Shown one piece after another: positions 9,610 through 19,140 of a stretch of DNA of 47,198 nt; position 1 is the stretch's first letter, and every line of letters starts with the position of its first letter. The notes under the pieces were generated by a model. That model was not told the DNA's origin. It was given only the letters and a program-made list of their open reading frames with translations, and ran no database searches. Source of the stretch: a virus (Duplodnaviria; Caudoviricetes). The position numbers and the translations under genes were made by a program. The stretch spans positions 1 to 47,198 of the IMG/VR virus record IMGVR_UViG_3300033562_000166. The stretch is one strand, 5' to 3'.

Positions 9610-9654
9610 ATTCATAATCATGAGGTCGGGAGTTCAATTCTCCCTCTCGCTACA
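9610..9654 (+). mobile_element. attP core: 3' half of a tRNA with CAT anticodon (Met or Ile2)
   Basis: Anticodon loop TTCATAA (9611-9617), T arm GGGAG-TTCAATT-CTCCC, acceptor strand TCTCGCT-A; no D arm or 5' acceptor strand upstream. Confidence 0.85.
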
Positions 9655-9661
9655 AAAAAAT

Positions 9662-9697
9662 AAACCCTGTAAGCGATTGATTCTTACAGGGTTTTTT
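9662..9697 (+). terminator. Intrinsic terminator after the tRNA fragment
   Basis: AAACCCTGTAAG-loop-CTTACAGGGTTTTTT. Confidence 0.85.
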
Positions 9698-9762
9698 CGT
9701 TTATAAACTTATAGGTTGATTTTTGAGTTTTGCAAATAAAGCCAAAAATACATACGTTTGCT

Positions 9763-9778
9763 TTACGAAACTTTACGA
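9763..9778 (+). repeat. Integrase arm-type direct repeats, right (TTACGA x2)
   Basis: CTTTACGAAA CTTTACGATA, with a degenerate third copy TGTACGG at about 9783. Confidence 0.6.
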
Positions 9779-9852
9779 TAGTTGTACGGAAATTGCCTGA
9801 CGCTCATTTTCTTCGATTTTATGAACTCGATAAGTCTTTCTTTTACAGCCAT
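9763..9852 (-). pseudogene. Truncated CI-like repressor (29-aa stub)
   Basis: MAVKERLIEFIKSKKMSVRQF followed by PYNYRKVS-stop; first 21 aa resemble the start of an XRE HTH; divergent from the Cro-like gene; runs into attP arm repeats. Confidence 0.68.
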
Positions 9853-9894
9853 ATACAGCGTTTTAATATATTTTAATAATTATTTTGTGCAAAA

Positions 9895-9995
9895 AATACT
9901 CATAGTATGATAAAATGCTATATCTTTGTATCGTAATTCATAGCAGAACAAATGTAATCAATAAAATTACAACATGTAATGCAAATAATACTCAT
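9895..9995. promoter_or_regulatory. Lysis/lysogeny switch region with face-to-face promoters
   Basis: TATCTTTG (+, 9921-9928), TACATTTG (-, 9949-9956), AATACTCAT repeated at 9895 and 9987. Confidence 0.6.
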
Positions 9996-10012
9996 TTTAA
10001 AAACAGAAAAGT

Positions 10013-10228
10013 ATGCTTTATTCATTTAAAAAAGGACTTAATAACGTCAAATCGGGGGATATAAGAACCGTGCGGCGTGAATTAAAGGCAGCGTTGGGTA
10101 TCACCTCTCGAAACGCATTCAATGCACGAATGCGAGGCGAAATCGAACCAAAGGTGTCAGAAGCGGAAGCTATTGAGGTAGTGTTCGAAAAATACGGTGT
10201 GTCGAAAACACAAGTTTGGGGGGAGTAG
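10013..10228 (+). CDS. Cro-like HTH regulator
   Basis: 71 aa, LKAALGITSRNAFNARMRGEIEPK helix-turn-helix; first gene of the early operon. Confidence 0.7.
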   Translation: MLYSFKKGLNNVKSGDIRTVRRELKAALGITSRNAFNARMRGEIEPKVSEAEAIEVVFEKYGVSKTQVWGE

Positions 10229-10231
10229 GAA

Positions 10232-10471
10232 ATGGAAAGTACCGCAACACTTTCAGAACGAGAAACAGAGATAGTCGAAATGATAGCAAAAGGAAAGAGC
10301 AAAAAAGAAATTGCAGATGAACTTAACTTATCAGTTCGTACAGTCGAGAATCACACACGCAACGCATTCATTAAAACTGGATGCCGTAAATCTACAGAGC
10401 TTGTGTTTTGGTTTTTATCGAATCACAGATCATTAACTAACAGTCAAAATCCGCAACAAAATGACAATTAA
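10232..10471 (+). CDS. LuxR-type HTH regulator
   Basis: LSERETEIVEMIAKGKSKKEIADELNLSVRTVENH is the GerE/LuxR signature. Confidence 0.9.
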   Translation: MESTATLSERETEIVEMIAKGKSKKEIADELNLSVRTVENHTRNAFIKTGCRKSTELVFWFLSNHRSLTNSQNPQQNDN

Positions 10472-10658
10472 AGAAGCAATCGCAACAGTTTACTTCACAT
10501 TAAGCCTATTCGCTCTCGTATGCGAACCAACAGGCGAATCGAAGTTCACATTCGTAGTCACTTACTACACAATCGCTATTGTCAATTTCGGAGTAGCAGC
10601 TTTCATTCTTAACCGAGTAATCAAATCGACAGATGCCAATACAACTGCCAAAATCTGA
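10461..10658 (+). CDS. Small membrane protein
   Basis: 65 aa with two hydrophobic helices; CCGCAAC before the ATG. Confidence 0.65.
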   Translation: MTIKEAIATVYFTLSLFALVCEPTGESKFTFVVTYYTIAIVNFGVAAFILNRVIKSTDANTTAKI

Positions 10659-10938
10659 AATTGAATTCCGTAATGCGTTAATAGATGCAGCCGAAATCGG
10701 AGCAACGAAAGCACTAATACACATTGGCCAATTAAAGCCATACGTTAAGCTTCGTGAAGCGCAAAAAATGCACGGCACCGCAATTGTTAACCGATGGATT
10801 AAAGAACAACTACTTACACCTATCAAAGACGGAACCCGAAATGCAAGTGTAAGGATTAACAGAATAGAGCTCGAAACAATCGCAAAGACGTGTAATCGGG
10901 CAAGCTATTTAACAACAGAAGATAGACTTACAGCTTAA
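10633..10938 (+). CDS. Excisionase-like DNA-binding protein
   Basis: YVKLREAQKMHGTAIVNRWIKEQLLTP winged-helix-like pattern; early operon position. Confidence 0.55.
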   Translation: MPIQLPKSEIEFRNALIDAAEIGATKALIHIGQLKPYVKLREAQKMHGTAIVNRWIKEQLLTPIKDGTRNASVRINRIELETIAKTCNRASYLTTEDRLTA

Positions 10939-10965
10939 TAACAATTTTTTACCGCAACAAAAAAA

Positions 10966-13008
10966 ATGAAAAGAGTAACTTTAAAAACGATGCACCTCGT
11001 AAACTTCAGAGGGCATAAAGACTTAACAGTCAATTTCGCAGACAAAACAACGATTTCGGGCGACAATCGCCTTGGTAAATCAACCATTTTCGACGCATTC
11101 ATTTGGGTTTTATTCGGCAAGGACCAGTTCGACCGCAAAGACTTCGAAATCATTCCTATCATTGACGGAAAGCGTGCAGACAGGGTCGATCCTGAAGCAA
11201 CAATCGTGCTTGACGTTGACAATCGTGAAATAGTGCTTAAGCGCATACTTAGTCAGAAGTGGGTTCGCCGACGTGGCACAACAGAAGAGGTGTTCGATGG
11301 ATGTGATACCAAGTACTACTTTAACGATGTGCCCTTGAAAGCAGGAGAGTACAAAGCGCGTGTTGACCTTATTATCGAAGAGAGCCTTTTCAAACTTATC
11401 ACAAATCCTTCGGCATTCCTGGCACTTCACTGGACAAAACAACGTGAATTCCTTTTCCAAATTGCCGGAACTGTAAGCGATACTGAAATTGCATCTTCAG
11501 ACATCAAATTTGCAAAGCTCTTGGAGCTTGTAAACGGAAAGTCTTTAGTGGAGTTCAAAAAGGAAATTGCAGCAAAGAAAAAGAAGCTGAACGAGGACTT
11601 GGATAAAATAAGCCCGAAAGTCGACCAAACGACACGTTTAATGCCCGAGGCTATTGATGTGGCTTTAGTTGAAAAAGAACTTTCAAACGTAGAAGTTCAA
11701 ATCAAAGGTATTGACGAACAGCTTTCAGACCGTGCAGCTGCTATTCGTGGCCAATACGATGCAATTCAAGCGAAACAATCGGAAATAAATGCGCTAAAGA
11801 CTAAACAGCAAGAGGTTGTTAATATAGCAACACGAAACGAACAACAGGCTATTTTCGAAGCTAAAAACCAACGCGAAGACATTGAACGTAATGTTGTTGA
11901 GCTAAAACGTAAAGTTAGTCAAGCACAATCAAATGTAGCTTTAACAGAAAGAACGATAGAAGAAACTAAACGCTCTATCTCTCTAAAAAACAGCGAAATT
12001 GAAAAGCTTCGCGAAGAGTGGACGGCTGAAAATTCAAAAGAGTATACAGCTAAATCAGGCTGTTTAACATGCCCTGTTTTTGGCCACGAGTGTTCAGACC
12101 CCATAGCAGAAGGCAAGCACGAAGAGGCACAAGAAAAAGCCAAGCAATCATTCTTTGATGCTAAAAAAGCAAAGCTAAATGAAATCAACACCAGAGGTGG
12201 GGCAAAAACAAAAGAGTTTGAAGCGCTTAAGAATCGTCTTACTGAACTCGAAAATGATTTATCAGACCACAGGTCTTATGTGTCTACTTTCGAAGCCGAA
12301 CTTCAAAGCGAAAACGAAAAGCTTGCAAAATGCCCTATCGTTGCACCTAAGCAAGTAATAGCTTCAGAGCTTCCAGAGTGGCAATATCTTGAAAAGCATG
12401 TAAAGGAATTTGAAGCAAGTATTCAGACTGTAGAAGCGCATGACAATAGCGATTTGAGTAGTAAGAAAGCAGGACTTAATCAACGTCGTGACGAGCTTAA
12501 AAAACAGCTTGACGAACAAAACTCAATCGGTCGTTACAAAGCAGAAATCGCAAGGCTCGAAGCAGAAGGCAAAAACATCGCTCAACAGATAGCCGACATT
12601 GAGGGACAGGAATTCACAATCGATGCTTTCAATAATGTTAAAATCGAAGAGGCTGGAAAGCGAGTAAACAGAATGTTTGAGGTTGTAAACTTTAAGCTTT
12701 ACGACATAACGAATGATGCTGCTGCACGAATGAAGACAGATATTTCAAAAGGCATTGACGTAAAAGAAAGCGACTACATGGATGAAACGTGTGTTGCTAC
12801 TAACAAATCAGGTGTTCTGATTGCAGTTACAAACACAGAAGAAAAGATAAACGCAGGGCTTGAAATCATCCGAACGCTGTCAAAATTCTACAACGTTTCT
12901 GCACCAGTATTCGTCGACAATTCTGAGTCAGTAAACGAGTTCATTGAGATGGACACACAAATGGTTAACCTTTTAGTTACCAAAGAAAAAGTATTAACAA
13001 TTAAATAA
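10966..13008 (+). CDS. SMC/Rad50-like ATPase of the recombination module
   Basis: Walker A GDNRLGKST, long coiled coil with central Cys cluster, Walker B PVFVDNSES. Confidence 0.85.
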   Translation: MKRVTLKTMHLVNFRGHKDLTVNFADKTTISGDNRLGKSTIFDAFIWVLFGKDQFDRKDFEIIPIIDGKRADRVDPEATIVLDVDNREIVLKRILSQKWVRRRGTTEEVFDGCDTKYYFNDVPLKAGEYKARVDLIIEESLFKLITNPSAFLALHWTKQREFLFQIAGTVSDTEIASSDIKFAKLLELVNGKSLVEFKKEIAAKKKKLNEDLDKISPKVDQTTRLMPEAIDVALVEKELSNVEVQIKGIDEQLSDRAAAIRGQYDAIQAKQSEINALKTKQQEVVNIATRNEQQAIFEAKNQREDIERNVVELKRKVSQAQSNVALTERTIEETKRSISLKNSEIEKLREEWTAENSKEYTAKSGCLTCPVFGHECSDPIAEGKHEEAQEKAKQSFFDAKKAKLNEINTRGGAKTKEFEALKNRLTELENDLSDHRSYVSTFEAELQSENEKLAKCPIVAPKQVIASELPEWQYLEKHVKEFEASIQTVEAHDNSDLSSKKAGLNQRRDELKKQLDEQNSIGRYKAEIARLEAEGKNIAQQIADIEGQEFTIDAFNNVKIEEAGKRVNRMFEVVNFKLYDITNDAAARMKTDISKGIDVKESDYMDETCVATNKSGVLIAVTNTEEKINAGLEIIRTLSKFYNVSAPVFVDNSESVNEFIEMDTQMVNLLVTKEKVLTIK

Positions 13009-13032
13009 TTATTCACTTAAAAAATCCGCAAC

Positions 13033-13926
13033 ATGGAAACAAAACAAAATTTTCTCGCAGTGCAGGAAAGCACAGCACCAGCATCTTTCAATTTCTTTGA
13101 CCCAGTACAATTTGAAACTATGCAACGTGTGTGCAAGCTATTTGCTTACTCTGAGCTTGTTCCTGACATGTATAAAATCAATCTTGCACTAAAAGACGGC
13201 CAGCCAATCAACCCAGAACACAAGGCAATGGCAAACTGCATGGTTGCTATTGAAATGGCTCAACGCATTGGTGCAAGCCCTTTGATGGTGATGCAAAACA
13301 TGATTATCATTTACGGTCGCCCTTCTTGGTCTTCTAAGTTCCTTATCGCAACTGTAAACACATGCGGAAGGTTCAACCCACTTCAATACAAGTTCTCGAA
13401 CCTTGGACGTGTTGGCAAAGTGCCTTACACAGACTATGTTTGGGATGGAAAACGCAAAGCGGCAGTCACAAAAGAGTTTGACGGTACGCAAATTGACAAC
13501 ATTCAATGCATTTGCTTTACTACTGCTAAAGGCTCAAATGAAATCCTTGAATCAACGCCAATTGACATTAAACTTGCAATTCAAGAAGGTTGGTACACTA
13601 AAGCAGGTTCTAAATGGCAAACAATGATGCGCCAGATGTTGACTTATCGCGCAGCTTCATTTTGGACGAGTGCTTATGCACCTGAGCTGTCAATGGGTAT
13701 GAAAACCGACGACGAAATCAGGGATATTATCGACATTCCTTATGAAGATGTATCGATAAGCACAGCCGAAAAAGTGGAAAAGGAAAAGGCTGAAATTGCG
13801 AACAAAAAGACTATCAATATCGACGAAGAGCCGAAGCCTGAAGCTAAAGAGCAGCCAAAGTCTGAAACATCCGAACCAAAAGAACAGACACAACCACAGC
13901 AAACACCTAACAAGCCGGGCTTTTAA
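13033..13926 (+). CDS. ssDNA-annealing recombinase (RecT/Bet-like)
   Basis: SPLMVMQN..GRPSWSSKF and KWQTM..QMLTYRAASFW motifs; located between ATPase and nuclease. Confidence 0.7.
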   Translation: METKQNFLAVQESTAPASFNFFDPVQFETMQRVCKLFAYSELVPDMYKINLALKDGQPINPEHKAMANCMVAIEMAQRIGASPLMVMQNMIIIYGRPSWSSKFLIATVNTCGRFNPLQYKFSNLGRVGKVPYTDYVWDGKRKAAVTKEFDGTQIDNIQCICFTTAKGSNEILESTPIDIKLAIQEGWYTKAGSKWQTMMRQMLTYRAASFWTSAYAPELSMGMKTDDEIRDIIDIPYEDVSISTAEKVEKEKAEIANKKTINIDEEPKPEAKEQPKSETSEPKEQTQPQQTPNKPGF

Positions 13927-13928
13927 GC

Positions 13929-14669
13929 ATGGAACTGATTTGCTTAGGCTCTTCGAGTAGGGGTAATTGTTATATTTTAAGCAACGACACCGAAGCACTC
14001 GTAATTGAGTGCGGGGTGTCGCTTAAGGAGGTCAAAAAAGCAGTTGACTTTGATATAAAAAAAATAGTATGTGCTTTATGCACACACGAGCATCTTGATC
14101 ATTCTAAATATGTTGGTGATTTCCTAAATGCAAGAATACCAGTCTTAATGTCAAATGGAACAAAAAACAAACTGAATTTAAAAAGTGGTATTGTTCCAAC
14201 CGTAATTAACGATGGTACTAAACTGAATTACGGAAACTTTACGATACTGTCGTTTGATGTAAAGCATGACGCTGAACAGCCAATCGGTTTTATAATTAAG
14301 CACGAGGAAATGGGTGTTACATTATTTGTTACTGACAGTTATTTTGTTCCGTACACTTTTGCGAATCTGAACAACATAATCATTGAAGCGAACTACGAAA
14401 CGAAACTATTGAAACGAAACATCGAGGCTGGCAAAATACCGCCTTCGCATTACAACAGATTGCTCGAATCTCACATGTCGCTCGATACTTGTTTGGAAGC
14501 CCTACAAGCGAATGACCTCAGAAAAGTGAATAATATAGTTCTGATACATTTAAGCGATGGAAATTCAAACGCTGAAGAGTTCATGGAGGCTGCACACAAA
14601 GCAACTGGTAAAACGGTAACGATAGCCGACAAAGGAATTAAAATTAAACTCAATAAAACACCTTTTTGA
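13929..14669 (+). CDS. MBL-fold metallo-hydrolase (exonuclease partner)
   Basis: LGSSSRGNCY, THEHLDH, HDA and IHLSDGN motifs. Confidence 0.88.
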   Translation: MELICLGSSSRGNCYILSNDTEALVIECGVSLKEVKKAVDFDIKKIVCALCTHEHLDHSKYVGDFLNARIPVLMSNGTKNKLNLKSGIVPTVINDGTKLNYGNFTILSFDVKHDAEQPIGFIIKHEEMGVTLFVTDSYFVPYTFANLNNIIIEANYETKLLKRNIEAGKIPPSHYNRLLESHMSLDTCLEALQANDLRKVNNIVLIHLSDGNSNAEEFMEAAHKATGKTVTIADKGIKIKLNKTPF

Positions 14670-14670
14670 T

Positions 14671-14958
14671 ATGAATCATAAATTTGGACACAGAATATCG
14701 GAATATCTCGAATCGGAGTGTGGAGATTACGGACTTGAATTTACTTGGAAATATGAGCCAGATTTAGGTTGTGTAGTTGCAACGATAACACGAGAAAACA
14801 CCAATTTATCATGCGATGTCAGCTTTAAGTACAATGAAGAAAATGACGATTTAAGCATTGAATTATGCGAAGATAGTTACTATGTCACGAGAGAGTTTGA
14901 CCACACTGTAAAGTATTTATGGATGCTTATAGCACCCGTTTTATTTCCTAATAAATAA
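14671..14958 (+). CDS. Hypothetical protein
   Basis: 95-aa acidic ORF in the operon. Confidence 0.6.
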   Translation: MNHKFGHRISEYLESECGDYGLEFTWKYEPDLGCVVATITRENTNLSCDVSFKYNEENDDLSIELCEDSYYVTREFDHTVKYLWMLIAPVLFPNK

Positions 14959-14997
14959 ATAAATAATTAATCAGCCGAAAGGCACAAAAACAACATT

Positions 14998-15432
14998 ATG
15001 CAAAAACATTTAGGTACAGAGATTGCTAACAAAGAGCAACGCATCTCATTTTTAAAAGACAATTGCGACAAAGTAGAAGAAAAGAGCTACATGAAGCGGT
15101 TCGCGCCCGAACAGCTCTCTCTTATGAAAGACGAACTTTCAACAGCCGCTATCAAAATCAATGATATTGAGCAGGAAAAGAAAGCTATCATGGAGGAGTT
15201 CAAAGATAGGCTCAAACCTCTTGAAGAGGAAAAGAAAAGGCTGTTGACAGGACTAAAAAACAAGGCCGAAAACGTTACTGAACGCTGCTTTAAATTCATT
15301 GACATGGAAGAGCGTGAAGTTGGTTACTACAGTCAGGATGGCGACCTTATCGAAAGCCGCCCTGCTTATGCAGACGAATTACAAGTAAACATGTTTCAAC
15401 TCGGTAGAGCTGCAACAGGTACAGACAATTAA
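14998..15432 (+). CDS. Conserved phage hypothetical coiled-coil protein
   Basis: 144-aa ORF with AT-rich leader. Confidence 0.7.
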   Translation: MQKHLGTEIANKEQRISFLKDNCDKVEEKSYMKRFAPEQLSLMKDELSTAAIKINDIEQEKKAIMEEFKDRLKPLEEEKKRLLTGLKNKAENVTERCFKFIDMEEREVGYYSQDGDLIESRPAYADELQVNMFQLGRAATGTDN

Positions 15433-15463
15433 TTAAATATCAATTTTTTAAAAAAATAAAATT

Positions 15464-16207
15464 ATGCAAAACGAAAAATTTCAATTGAATTTCGCAGAAG
15501 GAGTTCAGGTAGCAGAAGTAATCATCCGTGAAGTAAAAGAAGTTAACGAACTTCCAGTGTTGAAACCTGTCGTAATCGACATTAAAGGGACTATTGGCGC
15601 ACCGCTTGAATTCCTTACACGACGTATGGACCAGCCAGACCAAATAAACCAAAAACGCAGCCACATTCTTGTTGACCGTGAAGACATTGAAATCCAATTG
15701 ATTTTCAATGAAAACGACGAGTATAATCGAGGCAAAGTGAAAGGTGTTCTTGACTTTCATCCTAAATTTTTGGAATTTGGAATCAACACAGGCAAGGTGT
15801 GGACACCGCAACAGCTTGGTTTATTTTTCAAAATGAATCGCGCATTCTTTACTACACGTGAGGATAACATGAATCTTGTTACTCAGCTTATGAACTTCAC
15901 CGCAACGGTGAACAATAACATTCAGCGTTCAGCCAAAGAAAACGGCGACAGAATCGACAACTTTGAACAGGTGGTGAATTCGAACTTGCCGAAATCTTTC
16001 AACCTCGTTATTCCTATTTTCAAAGGAAAGCAGGCTGAAACTATCGAGGTGGAAAGTTTCGCCCAAATAAACGGTCGTGAAGTGTCTTTCACTCTTCTTT
16101 CACCAGGAGCGCAAGCAACACTTGAAGATGTTCGCGACAATGCAATAGATGAACAGCTTGATGCTATTCGTAATCTTTGCCCTGACATCGCAATCATTGA
16201 ACAATAA
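15464..16207 (+). CDS. Conserved phage hypothetical protein
   Basis: 247-aa ORF, co-oriented with the early operon. Confidence 0.72.
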   Translation: MQNEKFQLNFAEGVQVAEVIIREVKEVNELPVLKPVVIDIKGTIGAPLEFLTRRMDQPDQINQKRSHILVDREDIEIQLIFNENDEYNRGKVKGVLDFHPKFLEFGINTGKVWTPQQLGLFFKMNRAFFTTREDNMNLVTQLMNFTATVNNNIQRSAKENGDRIDNFEQVVNSNLPKSFNLVIPIFKGKQAETIEVESFAQINGREVSFTLLSPGAQATLEDVRDNAIDEQLDAIRNLCPDIAIIEQ

Positions 16208-16222
16208 CAACAATATTTAACA

Positions 16223-16262
16223 GTATCACAGTGATACGAGTTGAAACATTTAGTTATATTTG
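16223..16262 (+). promoter_or_regulatory. Operator GTATCACAGTGATAC plus promoter TATATTTG
   Basis: Palindrome 16223-16237; -7 box 16255-16262 upstream of the HTH and rep genes. Confidence 0.72.
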
Positions 16263-16327
16263 CAAATCAAGTGGGCGGTTGAAATACACCGCCTATTTTA
16301 GAATTGTTAATGTAAAATAATTAAAAA

Positions 16328-16492
16328 ATGACAAAGGAAACCGCAACACAAAAGGCTAAGTTATTGCTTCAGTCAATGACTTACGAAGAACTTGCAGAAA
16401 AGCTCGGAATATCACGTCCGACATTGTATAAGAGACTCGCAGATAGCAGCTGGAAGCTCGGTGAGATATCGCTACTTGATAAATTGAAATAG
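16328..16492 (+). CDS. Small HTH protein (54 aa)
   Basis: Translated by hand: MTKETATQKAKLLLQSMTYEELAEKLGISRPTLYKRLADSSWKLGEISLLDKLK. Confidence 0.8.
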   Translation: MTKETATQKAKLLLQSMTYEELAEKLGISRPTLYKRLADSSWKLGEISLLDKLK

Positions 16493-16494
16493 CC

Positions 16495-17328
16495 ATGAAA
16501 GACTATTTTTCGCACGACTACTATTCGAGAAATGACCCGAAAATGGTCAGGCTATTCATGAAGCATGGATTGTCAGGAATAGGGGCTTATTGGTGCATAG
16601 TTGAAATGCTTTACGAGGAAGGGGGGTATATGCCGCTTTCAGAATACGAACGTATAACGTTCGAATTACGAACTTCAGAAAACGTAATACGGTATCTTAT
16701 AGACGATAGTGAATTGTTCGTAAATGATGGTGAAAAGTTTTGGTCAGAAACAGCAATTGAACGGCTAAAGAAGAGGGCGGAAAAAAGCACAAAGGCCCGT
16801 CAAAGCATTGAAAATAGGTGGAATAAGCAACGCAATAATACGGACGTTATACGAACGTATAACGATGGTAATACTAATAAAGTAAAGGAAAGTAAAGTAA
16901 AGGAAAGTAAAAAGAATGATTATAAGAAGCTTCTTTTGTCCGAAATCACGATTTCAGACTTTCCCGAACTCAATTCTGAATATGTCGAAATTGCTAAAGC
17001 ATTCAAAGAGCTGTTTAAGTCAAATCTAATAGAGGCAGGTGCTTCGACAATCACTATCGATAAAGCGAAAGGCAATTGGATTGACGATATTAGGCTATTG
17101 ATTGAAACAGACCGATACACCGTTGAACATCTTCGAAATGTTTATCAGTTCTTGCAAAATGATGCTTTTTGGAAACAAAACATTCTGAGCACTTCTAAAT
17201 TAAGAGAAAAAATGCCACAACTTAAATTGAAATTACACAATGGAACCGCAACAAATAGGAACGCTAATAAAGAAGCAACAAGCTGGGGTGAGCTTGCAGC
17301 AATCGCAGACAGCATTGTTAATTCGTGA
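16495..17328 (+). CDS. Replication initiator (DUF4373 / Lin1244-like N-terminus)
   Basis: YFSHDYYSRNDPKM..G.GAYWCIVEMLYE; central low-complexity linker with iterons; C-terminal FWKQNILSTSKLREK. Confidence 0.8.
   Translation: MKDYFSHDYYSRNDPKMVRLFMKHGLSGIGAYWCIVEMLYEEGGYMPLSEYERITFELRTSENVIRYLIDDSELFVNDGEKFWSETAIERLKKRAEKSTKARQSIENRWNKQRNNTDVIRTYNDGNTNKVKESKVKESKKNDYKKLLLSEITISDFPELNSEYVEIAKAFKELFKSNLIEAGASTITIDKAKGNWIDDIRLLIETDRYTVEHLRNVYQFLQNDAFWKQNILSTSKLREKMPQLKLKLHNGTATNRNANKEATSWGELAAIADSIVNS
16840..16912 (+). repeat. Probable origin iterons and A-rich tract inside the rep gene
   Basis: ACGGACGT, ACGAACGT, ACGATGGT at 11-bp spacing (16840, 16851, 16862), then AAAGTAAAGG repeats; extra copy at 16646. 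Confidence 0.6.
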
Positions 17329-17722
17329 AAACAACGAAAATCAGATAAGCATTTACCGAGGAACACTCGACAAAGTAATTATAGTAGAGAATCTCGGACG
17401 AATAAAGGCCGCCTTTCCATCGCTACCGCCTGAATTCTTTAAAATTTTCGGTGAAAGGATAAAAGACAAGGGTTTTACCAATGAACGGCTTAAAGAGGCT
17501 GTAAACAACGTAATCGACAATTGCCAATATCCGACCCCTACACTGGCAAACTTTCTAAGCTTTGACAAGCGAATAAAGGTGTACAGCTACAATGAGTATT
17601 GCAATGCAATTACGAGCCACGAGGCAGGGCCAAACGATTTTTCAAAAATACATATTAACGAAAAGCTTTATTGGGTTAAAACCGCAGATAAAGAGCTAAA
17701 CAACATCCCAGACAGCCTATGA
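17240..17722 (+). CDS. Putative helicase-loader-like protein
   Basis: Overlaps the rep 3' end in a lambda O/P-like arrangement; YPTPTLANFL motif. Confidence 0.5.
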   Translation: MEPQQIGTLIKKQQAGVSLQQSQTALLIRENNENQISIYRGTLDKVIIVENLGRIKAAFPSLPPEFFKIFGERIKDKGFTNERLKEAVNNVIDNCQYPTPTLANFLSFDKRIKVYSYNEYCNAITSHEAGPNDFSKIHINEKLYWVKTADKELNNIPDSL

Positions 17723-18318
17723 GAGTGTACATATCAGGCCAAATTAGCGGCCTTGAAATGAGTGAAGTGATTAAAAAATTTGCCGCAGCCGAAGAGCTGT
17801 TAAGAAGTGTAGGATTTGATCCTGTGAACCCACTAAAAAACGGATTACCAGCAAGCGCACCATGTGATGATCACATGATAGCTGATATTACAATGCTTAT
17901 GCCGTGCGAGGCCATATTTATGATTCGCGACTGGGTGAATTCGAGAGGCGCAAGGATTGAGCACAAAATAGCTGAAGAGATGGGTAAGATGTTTCTATTC
18001 GAAGAGACATACATACAGAGCGAAGCAAGAAAGCTCTTTGAAATTAAAAATGCAATAAAGGCCGTTACAGGGTTTGCATTCGAAGACTATACAATTAAGT
18101 GCAACAAGCCATCTCTTTTCTTTGCGCGACTTATCTTTGTTAGCTACTGCATTGAATACGGCTTGATCGCTAAAGATATTGCAAAAATGGTAAACCGTTC
18201 AATTGATTCAATTAACCGTTATCCACGCGATTTTGCACGAGAACTTAACCACAACAAGAGGTTTAAAAACATGGTTTCTAAAGTAAATGATTTATTGAAA
18301 AACAACGTATCACAGTAA
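17719..18318 (+). CDS. DUF4406-family protein with C-terminal HTH
   Basis: RVYISGQISG..VNP..W..SRGARIEH signature; AKDIAKMVNRS HTH at the C-terminus. Confidence 0.78.
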   Translation: MRVYISGQISGLEMSEVIKKFAAAEELLRSVGFDPVNPLKNGLPASAPCDDHMIADITMLMPCEAIFMIRDWVNSRGARIEHKIAEEMGKMFLFEETYIQSEARKLFEIKNAIKAVTGFAFEDYTIKCNKPSLFFARLIFVSYCIEYGLIAKDIAKMVNRSIDSINRYPRDFARELNHNKRFKNMVSKVNDLLKNNVSQ

Positions 18319-18325
18319 CACGATT

Positions 18326-18604
18326 ATGCCAAGAAAAAATATAGGGCTTACAGCCGACGGAAAGAAAAAAGAGCCAAAAAAGGATTCGAAAATAAATAAT
18401 CAAGAAATCAATATAGAAGCAGCAAAGGCGGCTGACGCAAATAAAGTTCCACTTAGAATAGATTCAAAGATAACAATCTTAGTTCACCCTCATCAACAGA
18501 ACGATGAGTATCGACAACAGTATCTCGAGAATAAAGCGATGGGCGAAAACAAGATAATGGAGCAGGCTCAGTATTCATATAAAAACAGAAAGAAAAGAGT
18601 ATGA
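18326..18604 (+). CDS. Hypothetical basic protein
   Basis: 92-aa ORF in the operon. Confidence 0.6.
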   Translation: MPRKNIGLTADGKKKEPKKDSKINNQEINIEAAKAADANKVPLRIDSKITILVHPHQQNDEYRQQYLENKAMGENKIMEQAQYSYKNRKKRV

Positions 18605-19140
18605 AAAAGTATGATTATTTGGTAGCTATCGACCCGGACTGCGAAAAGTCAGGCGTTGCAACTCTAAGGACTTCAGATAAGCACATAGAGGTAAAAAACG
18701 AAGCGTTTCCAAAGCTGATTGATTACTTTATTTTCCTAAAAAAAATATCTGAAACGCAAAGTGTGGTAGTGCTTGTCGAAGCTTCGTGGCTTATCTCACA
18801 CAACTGGCATGCTAACAAACTGCAATCACATCGTGTTGCTGCCGAAATAGGTAATAAGACTGGCAGAAATCATCAGACAGGAATTCTCATAGTGCAAATG
18901 GCTAAATATTTCGGGCTTGAAGTCAATGAAGTTCGACCACTGAAAAAGTGCTGGAATGGTACGGATGGCAAAATATCGCACGACGAAATTGCATATTTCA
19001 TTCCGGACTTTCCAAAACGTTCAAATCAAGAGCAAAGGGACGCAGCGTTGCTGGCTTGGAACTTTGCAGGATTCTCGATAAAAGTAAAACCAATTACACC
19101 AAAATTTAAAACAGCCAATCGAATGTATGATAACAAATAA
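18601..19140 (+). CDS. RNase H-fold / RuvC-like resolvase
   Basis: LVAIDPD..KSGVA, VLVEASW and QEQRDAALLA acidic motifs. Confidence 0.65.
   Translation: MKKYDYLVAIDPDCEKSGVATLRTSDKHIEVKNEAFPKLIDYFIFLKKISETQSVVVLVEASWLISHNWHANKLQSHRVAAEIGNKTGRNHQTGILIVQMAKYFGLEVNEVRPLKKCWNGTDGKISHDEIAYFIPDFPKRSNQEQRDAALLAWNFAGFSIKVKPITPKFKTANRMYDNK

Noticed and set aside
9575-9654. Complete tRNA-Met gene
   Set aside because: Only the anticodon loop through the 3' end is present; upstream bases cannot form the D arm, anticodon stem or acceptor stem, so it is called attP
14974-14983. GCCGAAAGGC GNRA hairpin as a boxB/nut site
   Set aside because: Only a 3-bp stem, a single copy, and no recognisable N-like antiterminator
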